Source of the DNA: the human T2T-CHM13v2.0 reference genome, Homo sapiens
Length of the DNA: 64,000 nucleotides
Direction: 5' to 3' (one strand)
Assembly: GCF_009914755.1 (NCBI RefSeq)
Contig: NC_060936.1
The translations under genes were made by a program, and so were the position numbers. The notes beneath the pieces were generated by a model. It saw only the letters and a program-made list of their open reading frames with translations, had not been told where the DNA came from and ran no database searches. Shown piece after piece: positions 1 through 16,651 of this stretch (position 1 is its first letter; each line of letters opens with the position of its first letter).

Positions 1-534
1 CTTTAATATTAAGACTCTTTAGTAACTGGAAGCTGTAAAGTCCTGATCCCTGATCTCTCACCTCTGTTGAGTCTGGAGTCTTTTGCTGCAGGTTGGTCTC
101 TTTTCTCTAAGCTGAGCTTGTCCTAGCCACTGCGGTTAAAGGCACTGGATAATTAATAGCCATAACATTTCAAGACCGAATTATCTGTGAGTCTGCTTAA
201 TTACCCTTGCAGTAGTTACAGGCACATCTGTATGTGTGCACCAAACTCCATATTTGCATACACAAATGAATATTTGCATGTGCAGATTAGCTAATTGTAC
301 AACTGACTGTCCATCTGCATACTTAATGACTCAATTTACATGGAGAAAAGTGGGCTTTTTCACTTGCAAATGGAGGCTGTTGGGTATTGGTGGTATATTT
401 TTGGAAATGTTGGGTTAATAATGTCACTAAATTACAGACGACAGAGGCGTTTTATGTGCAATTAGAAGCAGAATAGCTGGCATGCCCCATTCCCTGCAAA
501 CACTGATATTGTTTGGTCTCTCCTTGGCAAACAG

Positions 535-785
535 GAATTTTATCATTGGAACATCTGATGCCGCGGTGTACCACTTAACAACAGATGGGACCAAACTTGA
601 GAAGTTATTTGTAGAGCCCAAGGATGCCATTTGTGCCATCTCCTGCCACCCATATCAACCCCTCATTGCCATCGGGAGCATCTGTGGGATGATCAAAGTG
701 TGGAATTATGAAAACAAACAATATCTTTTCAGCAGGGTTTTTGAGAAGGGGCTTGGAGTCCAGAGTCTGACCTACAACCCCGAAG
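535..785 (+). CDS. CFAP251: CFAP251/WDR66 internal coding exon (probably exon 12), WD40 repeats: [14 protein letters not shown]...LTYNPE
   Basis: acag|G acceptor and G|gtattt donor; open frame with WD-type motif [12 protein letters not shown]; phase 1 end joins the next exon in frame. Confidence 0.95.
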
Positions 786-889
786 GTATTTTCATCTTAT
801 CAGCCTACCATCGGTTCCACATGGACAGCCCTGAAAGGGATGGATGCACCTGGGCTGGCATAGCTCCAGGAAGTCTCCCCGACTCCAGC

Positions 890-1055
890 CCCCAGCAGGC
901 TGGATGAGGCGCCTTCTCTCTGGGGCTCCCGTGGTGTTCTGGGCCTATCTGTGCGTCTCTGCGCGCTCACCCCAGCAGGCTGGATGAGGCGCCTTCTCTC
1001 TGGGGCTCCCGCGGTGTCCTGGGCCTATCTGTGCGTCTCTGCGCGCTCACCCCAG
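890..1055. repeat. Tandem duplication with an 80-bp unit (2 copies plus CCCAG)
   Basis: 891-970 versus 971-1050 differ at only 2 positions. Confidence 0.97.
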
Positions 1056-1205
1056 GAGATCACGCGTTTCGGTTCATTTCTCCGCACGGGAGCTTTGTTG
1101 TGTTAGTTGCTGTCTTCTCCGCACCCAGAACAAAGCCTGGCACAGACTCAACATCTCTTGAATGAATGTAATCCTTTTCCATCGTTCTCTGGCTTGTCAT
1201 TTCAG

Positions 1206-1357
1206 GAGCCCTTCTTGGAGCTGGCTTTACAGAGGGGACAGTTTACATTCTTGATGCAATGTCTTTAGAAAATGAAAGCCCAGAGCCTTTCAAATATTCC
1301 AGAACCAGTGTGACTCATATAAGCTTTTCCCATGACTCCCAGTATATGGCAACTGCT
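1206..1357 (+). CDS. CFAP251: CFAP251 coding exon (~13): (G)[17 protein letters not shown]...[10 protein letters not shown]
   Basis: ttcag| acceptor and |gtaagt donor; 152 bp, phase 1 to 0; WD40-like [11 protein letters not shown]. Confidence 0.95.
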
Positions 1358-1417
1358 GTAAGTATTTTCATGGACAACCCATCCAGTGGCTTAGCAATTT
1401 TATTTGAAACCAAAAGA

Positions 1418-1656
1418 GGCCAGACATAGTAGCTAACACCTGTAATCCCAATGATTTGGGAGGCCGAGGTGGGAGGATCATTGGAGGACAGGAATTCAAG
1501 ACCAGCCTAGGAAACACAGCAGGACCCCACTGCTACAAAAACACTTTTTAAAAATTAGCCAGGCCTTGTGGCACACATCTGTAGCCCCAGTTATCCAGGA
1601 GGCTGAGGCGGGAGGACCCCTGCGGGCCAGGAGTTTGAGGTTACAGTGAGCTATAA
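1418..1656 (+). mobile_element. Alu (old J-like, 3' truncated)
   Basis: GGCC...CCTGTAATCCCA left arm and partial right arm. Confidence 0.9.
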
Positions 1657-2108
1657 GGCAGGTATGTTGGTCTGCCTTTATGTTGGGAGGGAAAAGCAGT
1701 GGTCTTCGCTAAACTCCTGTCCCTTCCGGCGCTCTCCATCCCCACACTGGTGCGGCCACTCCTCCGGTTTGTGTACACAACGCTTCTGAAGCCAAAGCTG
1801 TCTCAGCATACTGTGGGTGCACACAGTCCAGCCTCTGTGTCCCCTCAGGCCAGGCTCTCCCACTCCAACTGGGTTCACTTGCAGCCTTCATACCTTTCAA
1901 AAACACATAGCTTTTTTATTATATGTAGCTGGACAAAGAAAAGGGAGGACGAAGGCACAAAGAGTCAGGCTTTTGGCTTTCCACAGACAGCGAGGGGGCA
2001 CCTGGAAAGGAGTGTAAAACCATAGTTTCACGTTCATACTTTCTTCCCCGCTACCTTTTCAGTTTTCTGCTTTTAACTTTAATTTTCTTATCTGTAAAAT
2101 GGGCATTA

Positions 2109-2430
2109 GGCCAGGTGTAGCTTATACCTGTAATCCCAGCACTTTGGGAGGTCGAGGCAGTCAGATTGCTTGAGGCAGGAGTTCGAGACCAGCCTGGGCA
2201 ACATGGTGAGAACCCCCCCATCTCTACAAAAACTAATGAAAAAAAACTAGCCAGGTATGGTGGCATGTGCCTGTAGTCCTAGCTACTTAGGAGGCTGAGG
2301 CTGGAGGATCTTTTGAGCCCAGGAGACTGAGACTGCAGTGAGCCGTGATCAGGCCACTGCACTCTAGCCTGGGCAACAGATCAAGACTCTTGTCTCAAAA
2401 AAAACCCAAAAAAACTAAACTAAAACTAAA
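2109..2430 (+). mobile_element. Alu (J-like)
   Basis: Dimeric Alu with A tail. Confidence 0.92.
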
Positions 2431-2495
2431 ATGGATATTGTTTTACTACTTGCTTGAATAGACTAAGATTATTTTTGAAGAAAATATTCTTAGTA

Positions 2496-2781
2496 TTTTT
2501 TTTTTTGATAGGGTCCTGCTCTGTTGTACAGGCTGAAGTGCAACAGATCTTGGCTCGCTGCAACCTCCTCCTCCCAGGTTCAAGCAATTCTTGTGTCAGC
2601 CTCCCAAGTAGCTGGAATTATAGGCATGTGCCACCACGCCCAGCTAATTTTTGTATTTTTAGTAGAGATGGGGTTTTGCCATATTGGCCAGGCTGGTCTC
2701 AAACTCCCGACCTCAGGTGATCCACCCGCCTCGGCCTCCCAAAGTGCTGGGATTACAGGCGTGAGCCACCGCGCCTGGCCC
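2496..2781 (-). mobile_element. Alu (S-like)
   Basis: Poly-T followed by reverse-complement Alu. Confidence 0.93.
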
Positions 2782-2847
2782 ATAATGATGATTCTTAATT
2801 TACTAAACGTAAAATGGGATAACTCCTTCTCTTTTGCTCATCTTCAG

Positions 2848-3021
2848 GATAGAAGTTTTACTGTGGCTGTTTACATGCTGGTGGTCAGAAATGGACAGAG
2901 GGTCTGGGAGTACTTAGCAAGACTTCGCTCTCATCGCAAAAGCATTCGAAGTCTCCTGTTTGGGGTTTACCTGGACAGCAATGAGCCTAGACTGCTGAGC
3001 CTTGGGACAGACAGGCTCTTG
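2848..3021 (+). CDS. CFAP251: CFAP251 coding exon (~14): [11 protein letters not shown]...[10 protein letters not shown]
   Basis: polypyrimidine tract + cag| acceptor and |gtgagc donor; 174 bp, phase 0 to 0. Confidence 0.95.
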
Positions 3022-3494
3022 GTGAGCTGTTTAGTTTTCGTTGACCTGGTCGCCAAGACTGTGTCTCACTCTTGTGACATCCCTGGCATCTTGCATAGAG
3101 CCAGGCCCACAGTACGTGTGTTTGTTGGAGAAAATGAATGCACAGTGAAGGATCACAAACCTCTCCAGGTTGGCATTTTGCCTTAACATGGCTGGGACAC
3201 CACCTGGGGACTCCTGTGCTGAACGAGGAGGCTTCCCGGGCAGCAACAAGTTAGAAGGCAAGGAGCGGGGAGTTCCCCATAGCTTGGAAAGCAGCCGCCC
3301 TTGCCTCCCAGTGTGCACGGGGAGGGCTGACACTCACTAACACTGTCTTCATGTCCATCAGTTGGGGCCAGGCTGCTACCTAAATGTGAAAACTAGGAGA
3401 GGTTGTGAGATAAGAGGAAAAGGTAGGGATGGGCAAACGCAATATTACAGAGTCAGGTGAAATGGATTCAACCAGTCATTGTATCTGTCTGTTT

Positions 3495-3692
3495 TTCCTT
3501 CCTCCCTCCCTCCCTCCTTTCTTCTCCCCCTCTCTCCCTCCCTCCCTTCCTTCCTTCCCTTTCTTCTTCCCTCCCTCCCCCGCCCCTCCCTTCTTTCTCT
3601 CCCCTTCCTTCCTTTATTCAGTTTCTCCATCCATTCATCCATCTGTCCATCCATCCATCCATCCGTCCATCCACCCATCCATCCATCCATTC
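3495..3692. repeat. (CTTC/CCCT)n and (TCCA)n simple repeats
   Basis: Seen directly. Confidence 0.92.
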
Positions 3693-3824
3693 TGCCCTGC
3701 CCACGGAAGCATACCTGTATGGGCCCAGTTCAGTGGCTACTGATTTGTGACTGCCAAGTGTTGGGCTGAGATTTAGATATGAATTAGTTCCTAAGATAAT
3801 AAGTGACACAGTATAACAGAACTG

Positions 3825-4060
3825 TAAGACGTCAGGTGTGGGAATCAGCTGGATCTAAATTTGAATTTTTGAATTTTTACTCTGCCACTTTTTAGCTATG
3901 TGACCTTGGACAAGCCACTCTGAACATCCTTGAACATCTGTTTTCTCATCTGTAAAATGGGCAGAACAGTACCCCTTTGCAGGGAAGTTCTGAGGATGAC
4001 ATGACAGCTGTTTTTAGAGCACTCAGCTCATTGTCTTCCAGGTAGTGAATTCTCAGTACT
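3825..4060. mobile_element. MIR SINE
   Basis: MIR core: TGTGACCTTGGACAAG...TTTCTCATCTGTAAAATGGG. Confidence 0.75.
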
Positions 4061-4240
4061 GATGACTTAGTCAGTGTCAGGTCTAGGCAAGTCTTCTCTT
4101 AGGAGACCTGATACCGTCTCCCCCAGAACAGCACTGTTGGCTGATAATTATAAAGGCTGTCACCCAAGAGCTTGGGGTTCCTTAGCTGAGCCTTTAATTT
4201 GGCTTGGTCCTCATGTGTGTCCATCTGGGCTCCTCTGCAG

Positions 4241-4425
4241 ATAGAGTATGATCTTCTCAGGAGCTACAAAGACCACCTGGAAGTCCTGGACATTCACCAC
4301 ACCGACCAGGGCTGCTATCCCACCTGCATGGTCTGGTACCCACCACTCACCAGGGAACTCTTCCTGCTTATTTGCAACAGTGGCTACAAAGTGAAGCTTT
4401 TTAATGCTACTACCAAAATGTGCAG
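4241..4425 (+). CDS. CFAP251: CFAP251 coding exon (~15): [11 protein letters not shown]...[10 protein letters not shown](R)
   Basis: ctgcag| acceptor and AG|gtaagc donor; 185 bp, phase 0 to 2. Confidence 0.95.
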
Positions 4426-4814
4426 GTAAGCACCCGGAGCTTCCCATTGCAGGGGGCGTGGATCAAGTTCTCTGCCCCCAACCTGTTTCAGGTCTCCACA
4501 TAGGGACCTGCAGGCAGCTTGGCTACTATTATCATCCTCTTTGCTTTGCAGAGGAGGAGACTGAGGCACAGATAACGTAAGTAATTCTCACCAAGGTCAT
4601 GTGGCCCTGTGTGGAGGTGAGATGTGCAGAATCCAGGAAGGACACAGACCCTGGGGCCCTGGGAAAGTTGCTAATGCTATCTCCTATTCTCCTCTCATTA
4701 AGAAAAACATAGTTTTACCTGGCTACTAACAATTGTTTGATTTTTTCTTACTCTTGGGTCTCAAAGGAGTTTTAACTTTAATTGCTAGCCCTCCTTTGTT
4801 TACACCCTGCGTGA

Positions 4815-5760
4815 GCCAGGTACCGTTTTAGGTGCTGAAGATGATGAAAACAGAACAGTTTCCATCACTGTGGAGTTTACATGTTGGCGGGGGCAGGTGA
4901 TGCAATGGCGTGAACAAGTAGCAAGGTAGTAGGTATGTGGTAATCAGGTCTGTGCAAAGAAGAAAAAAAAAAAAAGGAAAAGGAAAAGGAAAAGGCAGGA
5001 TAAAAAGGTGGGGAGGCAGGGAAGGCCTTGGAGAGCAGGGGACATCTGAGCATCCAGACAGAGACTTGAAGAAAGTGAGGGGGAAGCGAGGGGCTGCTGT
5101 GCGGTTGGAGGAAAGACAGTGGATCAGCAAGGGCCAATGAGTGAAGGTGGGAGGCGTCTGGGGTTTGGGAAATGCCGCGAAGGCTGGTGAGGCCAGAGTG
5201 GAATGGGCAAGGAGGGGGCATGGGAGAGCAGGTCAGAGGTACGGGCTGGTGCCAGGCACACGGCACCCTGGAGACTCTGGTTCCTTCCCGGGTAAGGCGA
5301 GAGCTAGTGGAGGGTTTTGAGCAGGGGAGTGACATGTTCTGATTGATGCTTTAGAATGATGTCTGGCTTCTGTACAGAGAGCAGACTCTGGGGCGCAAAG
5401 GTAGAAGCAAGATTCGGGAAACTGGTGTGAGAGCTGATGGCGGCTTGGCCCTGAGGGCAGAAAAGAGGGGTCAGATTCTGGATATATCCTGCCGGCAAAG
5501 CGAACAGCGTTTGCTAATGGAGGGAACAGGAGGTGTGAGAGAAGACACCTCTCGAAGTCAGAAGAATGGACTGGACCTTTAAAGAGATGAGGAGGACAAG
5601 GGAAAGATAGCTTTGAGATAAACCAGGGGTCAGACTGGACAAGGCAAGCTTGAGATGCCTGCTTGGCATTCAGGTGGGAACCCACGAATCAGACTCTGGA
5701 TTGTGGAGGTCCCGGGAGAGGCTGGGCTGGAGTCAGGAACACAGGATGGTTGAAGGCACG
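4815..5760 (-). mobile_element. L2 LINE 3' fragment
   Basis: Purine-rich L2-like motifs, e.g. GGTTTTGAGCAGGGGAGTGACATG and TCAGATTCTGGATATAT. Confidence 0.7.
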
Positions 5761-6413
5761 AGACGGGGAGGACACCAGCCGGGGAGCAGGGCGTCCGCTG
5801 CTGGGGAGCAGGGAGTCCACAGCCAGGGAGCAGGGCATCTGCAGCCCAGCATCCTAGAGTGGCGTCTCCTCCCTCCTGATGCCATCCTGCACATGCACGT
5901 GGGCCCCTGTGCTTTGGCCCCTGTGAGCCCTCACAAGAAACACTGACGATTGTGCCTCGAGTACAGCAGGGCCTGCACTGTCATCCCATTCCCTCATCCA
6001 CAGCCCTGCTAACTATTCTCCCACCGAGCTTCAGGAGGCTGTGTGACTTGTCCAAGGTCAAACAGGGCAGGACTTGACCCTTGACCCTAGCCCTGACCCC
6101 ATCCTCTACTCAGCGCTGTGGGGCCTCGACACAGCCCTGGCTTTGGGATCTTACCTGGTCAGCCCTGGAGGGGAGCTTCTGCCTTTGGTTTGGCTGTGTC
6201 TTGGGTATGGCTGGAAAGAAGGATGGAGGCAGGAGAAGTTCGAAGGGAGAATGTTTCAGTGATCCACCACGACCACCACCACTGCCACTGCCACCACCAC
6301 CAGGAGAAGGAAGTCAGGGAACTGGCAGCAGCTGGCTCAGGCTTGAAGACTATCATGGTTTTGAAATGTATCTCAGATAAGACAGGTCCTCAAAAGGCCA
6401 GGACCACCCGGGA

Positions 6414-6414
6414 T

Positions 6415-6445
<31 letters not shown>
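6414..6445. repeat. (TTG)n microsatellite
   Basis: About 10 units. Confidence 0.95.
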
Positions 6446-6889
6446 AAACAGTTCTTTCCCAGAAGGCACAAGAAAAAATGACTGAGAAATGCCATGTTTT
6501 ATGGTAGAGAGAAAAATCCAGGACAGTTTCCTTAAACGATTAAAACACTGGAAAGCATGTGTAAAGAGGAGCTTTAGAAAGATTTCAGAATCATTGTGCA
6601 TAGTTTTTAATGAAAACATACTTTTTGGACAAAGAATATCTCTCAGATATGCGCAGTCCTAAGACACTGAATTGGCAGAGCTGGAGAATGAGGGCTGGCA
6701 GACCTCGGGCCTGAAGTTCCTGCTAACAGTCATTCACTGGAGGAAAGAGGCAGGAGGGACTTTTAGACACAAAGTTGGGAGCTTCTGCCTGTTGATGATC
6801 AATCTGAAATTAGCATAAAGCATCTTAAAAATTTTTATCAAGGTGATACTCACGTAACATAAAATGAACCATTTGAAAGTGAACAGTTC

Positions 6890-7195
6890 AGCCGGGCGTG
6901 GTGGCTCACGCCCCAGCATTTGGGAGGGGCCGAGGCAGGTGGATCACCTGAGGTCAGGAGTTCGAGACCAGCCTGGCCAACATGGTGAAACCCTGTCTCT
7001 ACTAAAAATACAAAAATTAGCCGGGCGTGGTGGCATGCACCTGTAATCCCAGCTACGTGGGAGACTGAAGCAGGAAATCTCACGAACCCGGGAGGTGGAA
7101 GTTGCAGTGAGGCGGGATTTTACTAGCCACTTTACTCCAGCCTGGGCGACAGAGCTAGACTCTGTCTTAAAAAAAATAAAATAAAATAAAATAAA
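6890..7195 (+). mobile_element. Alu (S-like) inserted in an old L1 3' fragment
   Basis: Dimeric Alu; TSD GAAAGTGAACAGTTC on both sides. Confidence 0.93.
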
Positions 7196-7399
7196 GAAAG
7201 TGAACAGTTCCATGGCATTTAGTACTCATGGTGCTGTGCAACCCCCACTGTAGCTTCAGAGCATTTCCATCATTCCAGAATAAAAGCCCTTGCATAAAGC
7301 ATCTTGTAAGCTGTAGGAATAAGAAAGCCTCATAACCATGGCTTAATTGGGAAGGAATTGTCTTTTTGTGATAAATCCAAAAGAATGTAAAAATGCATT

Positions 7400-9174
<1,775 letters not shown>

Positions 9175-9244
9175 GACCAAAGAATCTTAAAACCTATGTT
9201 GAGATTTGTGGAATTTTAAAAACTCTTTCTCTTTTTGCCTTCAG

Positions 9245-9359
9245 AAAGACGCTTCTGGGGCCAGCTTATGGTTCCCCTATTGAGCAGACACAAGTCCTCC
9301 CAGTGAGAAGCATGGCGGAGCTACAGAAACGCTACTTGGTGTTTATTAACAGAGACAAG
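9245..9359 (+). CDS. CFAP251: CFAP251 coding exon (~16): [14 protein letters not shown]...VFINRDK
   Basis: ttcag| acceptor and AAG|gtaaca donor; 115 bp, phase 2 to 0. Confidence 0.93.
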
Positions 9360-9710
9360 GTAACAGCGCTCTCTTCTCCAGTTCTGGGAGTTGACTCTGT
9401 GTGTCATGAGCAGCAGTCATTACTGAAGATCACGAGACTCAGAGAGTTCTGGGTTTACAGCCAAGCCCAACTGCTTCCACCCCAGTCAGCTGTGATACTG
9501 AAAATTGCCCTTGATGAGTTAGGAAGACTCTTGGGAGACATTTCTGAGCAGAGTTACTGCATTTTCTATATTCCCAGTGAAGATACATGGGCCACCAAAG
9601 GATTTTTCCTTCTTATTTATTTACATGGAAAAACTCTTGTAAAAATATGCAAATTAGTTACACTTTGTTGTACATTTAATGAATAATCTGCGTTGAAAAG
9701 TGTAAAGTCG

Positions 9711-10010
<300 letters not shown>

Positions 10011-10295
10011 TCATAGGTTGTGAGATGTATTCTGGAAAACCCTGGACAACTGACCATGAAGGCAGGGAGGAAAGCTTCCCTTCTGTGTACCTGTTAGAGC
10101 TGTGCAAGGGGCCCCCTACCAGGGCTGGTGTGTGTGGATGCCCAGCTACATTAAATGTGGCTCTCACACTCAGAGATGGGTCCAGACACACAGGTCCTTC
10201 TGGCACACAGATCTGGAGGTGACATGTGAACGTGCCAGGCCTCTCTCGGGCCCAGCTACCTGAGTCTGAATATCCAATTATGTGTTCCTTTCTAG

Positions 10296-10459
10296 GTGGG
10301 ACTTCAGATCTTACCAGTTGACGGCAATCCACATAAGACATCTGCTATTGTTTGCCACCCGAACGGGGTGGCCGGCATGGCCGTTTCCTATGATGGCTGC
10401 TACGCCTTCACTGCGGGAGGGCACGATCGCTCGGTGGTGCAGTGGAAAATCACCTTAAG
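10296..10459 (+). CDS. CFAP251: CFAP251 coding exon (~17): [13 protein letters not shown]...[14 protein letters not shown]
   Basis: tctag| acceptor and AG|gtacac donor; 164 bp, phase 0 to 2; WD40 signature [13 protein letters not shown]. Confidence 0.95.
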
Positions 10460-10879
10460 GTACACGATGGGGCGAGAAGGAAGGTATCAAGTGTAAACTC
10501 CTTTTCACTCAGCAACAGTGATAGACACTGAACCCTACTGCGTGCCAGGCACTGTGCTAGGATGTCACAGGGCCTGGCCTTCAGGTTGCTCCCCGGTGGC
10601 ATTGCTCACATTACTCTGCAGACAGGAGTTGCTGTCCTGTCCCATGGACCAATGGTGTTTGCAGTTCAGGCGATGTGACAGCACCTTGGGCTCACCCCTG
10701 CTCCCTAAAATGCTTCTCCCTCTGCTCCACATATCCACACCTGCTAGAAAGATCTAGGCCGACCCTCCAAAGCATATACTACGGAAATAGTAAGAGGATC
10801 ATTTCAAGTGGTATTTTCGGCTCCTCTTCTCAACCCTCCCTGCCCTGAATGGAGAACCTCTGCCTGAGGCGAGGCTGGA

Positions 10880-11150
10880 GAATTCTAGAGTTGAACATTG
10901 GAGAGTATGTGGACTTTGAGGTGAAAGGGATAATATGAGTTTGAATATGGGCCCACCCTCTACTGGCTATGGGGCCTAGGGCAAGCTTCTTAACGTCCCT
11001 GATCTTTAGATTCCTTGCATGCAAAATGAGGGTGATAGCATGTGAAATGGGGGTGATAATAGGAACTTCTGTAGGATCCCTGTAAAGATCAGGTAGTTTA
11101 ATAGGGGAAAAGCACCTAGTACAGAGCAAAGTACTCGGCAAGTGAATGAT
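10880..11150. mobile_element. MIR SINE
   Basis: Degenerate MIR core. Confidence 0.6.
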
Positions 11151-11668
11151 TTCCTTTCGTCTCTTCTTCCTGTAAGGGCATTTGCTTATGAGCTCAGAAT
11201 CTTCCCTAATAAAGAGGGGACAAGCACCCACACTGTCCTCTCATCTACCCAAATCCGGCATGCTGCCGCAGGGCAGAGTCAACCATGTGGCAGCCGGTTC
11301 CTGTTCCTGACCACTTCTCCAAGCCCCTGCGCTGCCTGTGGCTCGGCTGGGCCTCTCTCGGTAGTGTGACGTTGAGGAGCAAAAACAGCTCAGAGGCACC
11401 TTCCTTCCTCGGAAAACAAACCTGATTCCTGGCTGCCAGCACAGTGTACCCCCTGCCATCTGCCAAATGCACATCTTTCTTTTTATGGCAGATATTGAAG
11501 CTTCTACTCTTAACCTGAATATGAGCAAAAATAGCCGGTTAAATCTGCTTTGGAACCACGGTGGTTTGAGATTGCACTTGCAGCTCTGACTTCCACCCCA
11601 CCTTCACCTGAGAGAGCAGATCTTGGGAACTTGAGGATTTAGGAGCTGGAGGTGAACTCTCCTATTGA

Positions 11669-12066
<398 letters not shown>

Positions 12067-14045
12067 TAGAACCTTCCTTCTGAAATGTTTGTCTTCTTCT
12101 CAGTCGTCGTGGGATCTGGAATGGTAGAAATTTAAGAAGAAGAAAAAAAGGCCTCTGCTTTCCAATAGCTTTCGCCTGGCCAGAGTCCAGGCTTCTGAGA
12201 ATTTCAATTTAATCTGTGGTGGGGACAAAGGATCATTATAAACTAATTATCACTTCATTGCTGCTTCTGGTGACTTAATATGATCAGCACTTCACTAATG
12301 GAGAGAAATGTAAAAAACCTAAACAAGTAAACAAACAGAATTTCCTACTAGAGTTACTGATGATGAGTTGTAGGGGAGATAAAGATGATAAATCCCCTCA
12401 CATTCGATCATTTCAGTCAGTGCACCCCTTGGCCCCAACTGCTACCATCACAGTCTATGGCGCTTCTGCCCCGGGAGAGCCCCTTCCATCCCCTCTCTCA
12501 GGGTTCATTCCGCACGCCCCTTCTTCTCCTGCTCCGTGCTAGCATGCACCCTTTCTCTTCTCCTTGTCTGGCATCTGTTTCCAAATCCTGCATTACTTTT
12601 TTGTGCTCATCCTCCCTGCCTCCTGTCATCCTGCTGCCCTGCTCAGCCAAGAGCAGAGAGACCCCGATTCGAATCCTAGCTAATCACTACCTGCTTGCTG
12701 GATGACGCCAGGCAAGTCCCTTCACTTCTCGGAGCCTCAGTTCCTCCAACTCTTAAATGGGACTGCTACCACCAAGTTCAGACCATTCCTCCTCCTCCTC
12801 ATCCAGGGAGCGTTTACAGAGCACCTACTGTGTGCTTGCCACAGGGCTGAGCTTTAGCTCCTTTCCAGAAGTACTGTATGGATTGCTGGGTACAGAGCAG
12901 GTTTTCAATAAGTGTCATTTCCCTTTTGTGCCCTAATGACCTCTTTTCTGTTGCAAGTGTTAGAAACACAATTTAGGCAAAAGGGAATGTATGAGAAGGT
13001 CGTTGGGATCGCATGTAGCTACACCACAAGAAGGTCACGGACAGCGGCACACTTGGTGCTCACAGCACTTGCTGTCTACTTGGCCCTGCTGTTGGCTTCA
13101 TTCTCTGCAGAACTGGGTTTCCTTACTCAGCAGGAAGATGGCTGCTGACAGTTCCCAAATTTCACAAATTATAGCTCTCACCACAGAGAGAGGGAGTCTC
13201 TTTCCCAGCTTGTGTTGGAGAAATGCCAGTACAGCCCCCAGGCCCCTCTGGGGTCAGTTGACGGTGGCCAGGAGGTAGGGGATGTAGGGGAGCTCTGAAC
13301 ACCAGAGCCGGGAGCTGCAGGCTGTTCTCAGAGGACCAGGTGCTCTTGCTAGCCTTTCCCCTCAGGGGCTCCTGCTGGGGACAGGCTCCTCTGTGTCACT
13401 TCTGGCCTTTACCTGGCTCTGCTCCAGAGCCACATGGCTAAAAGTGGCCTTGCTGCTCACTGAGCTTGTTGGGATTGGGCCTGGGCCTGGCCTGGAGGCC
13501 ACAGAGAGGGAGCCCTCTCAGCTGGACACTTGCCTCCATGGCAAGTGCTGAGAAGTGGGGAAGACCCTTGCTGGAGGGGCCCTTGCTGGAGGGTCTTGCT
13601 GGAGGGGCCCTCAGGCACCCCTGGAGAATACCCAGGTTCCTCAGACCTTAAGCCAGTCCGTGGGCTTGTGCATGCCTCAGTGAGAGGACCCAGGACAGTG
13701 CATGGCAGACTCTTCCTAAGAAAGGTGTAGGAGTGTGCTGATACCCATTTCCATGGCCGTAATAATCCCAACCACTTGTGCTGAGTTTTCTCAGGGCCGG
13801 GGCCTGCACTGAGTGAGTTCCATGTATCATCTGATTTCATCCTGACAGCCATCCTGGGAGCCAGGCACCAATATTATCCCCATCAGACACATCAAGAAGC
13901 TAACTCCAAGGGGTCTGATGACTGCCCAAGCAATGGAGGAGGCAGTGGAGCTGGGATTCACAGCCAGGGCTTTCTAAGTCCACCCCACACCTTAACAAAC
14001 ATTCATTACAGGAGGAAAATAAAGGACTTTTGTCTCCAATCTTTG

Positions 14046-16651
<2,606 letters not shown>

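Noticed and set aside
3429-3809. Pro/Ser-rich and DGWM-repeat ORFs (similar ones at 60653-61106)
   Set aside because: Simple-repeat translations
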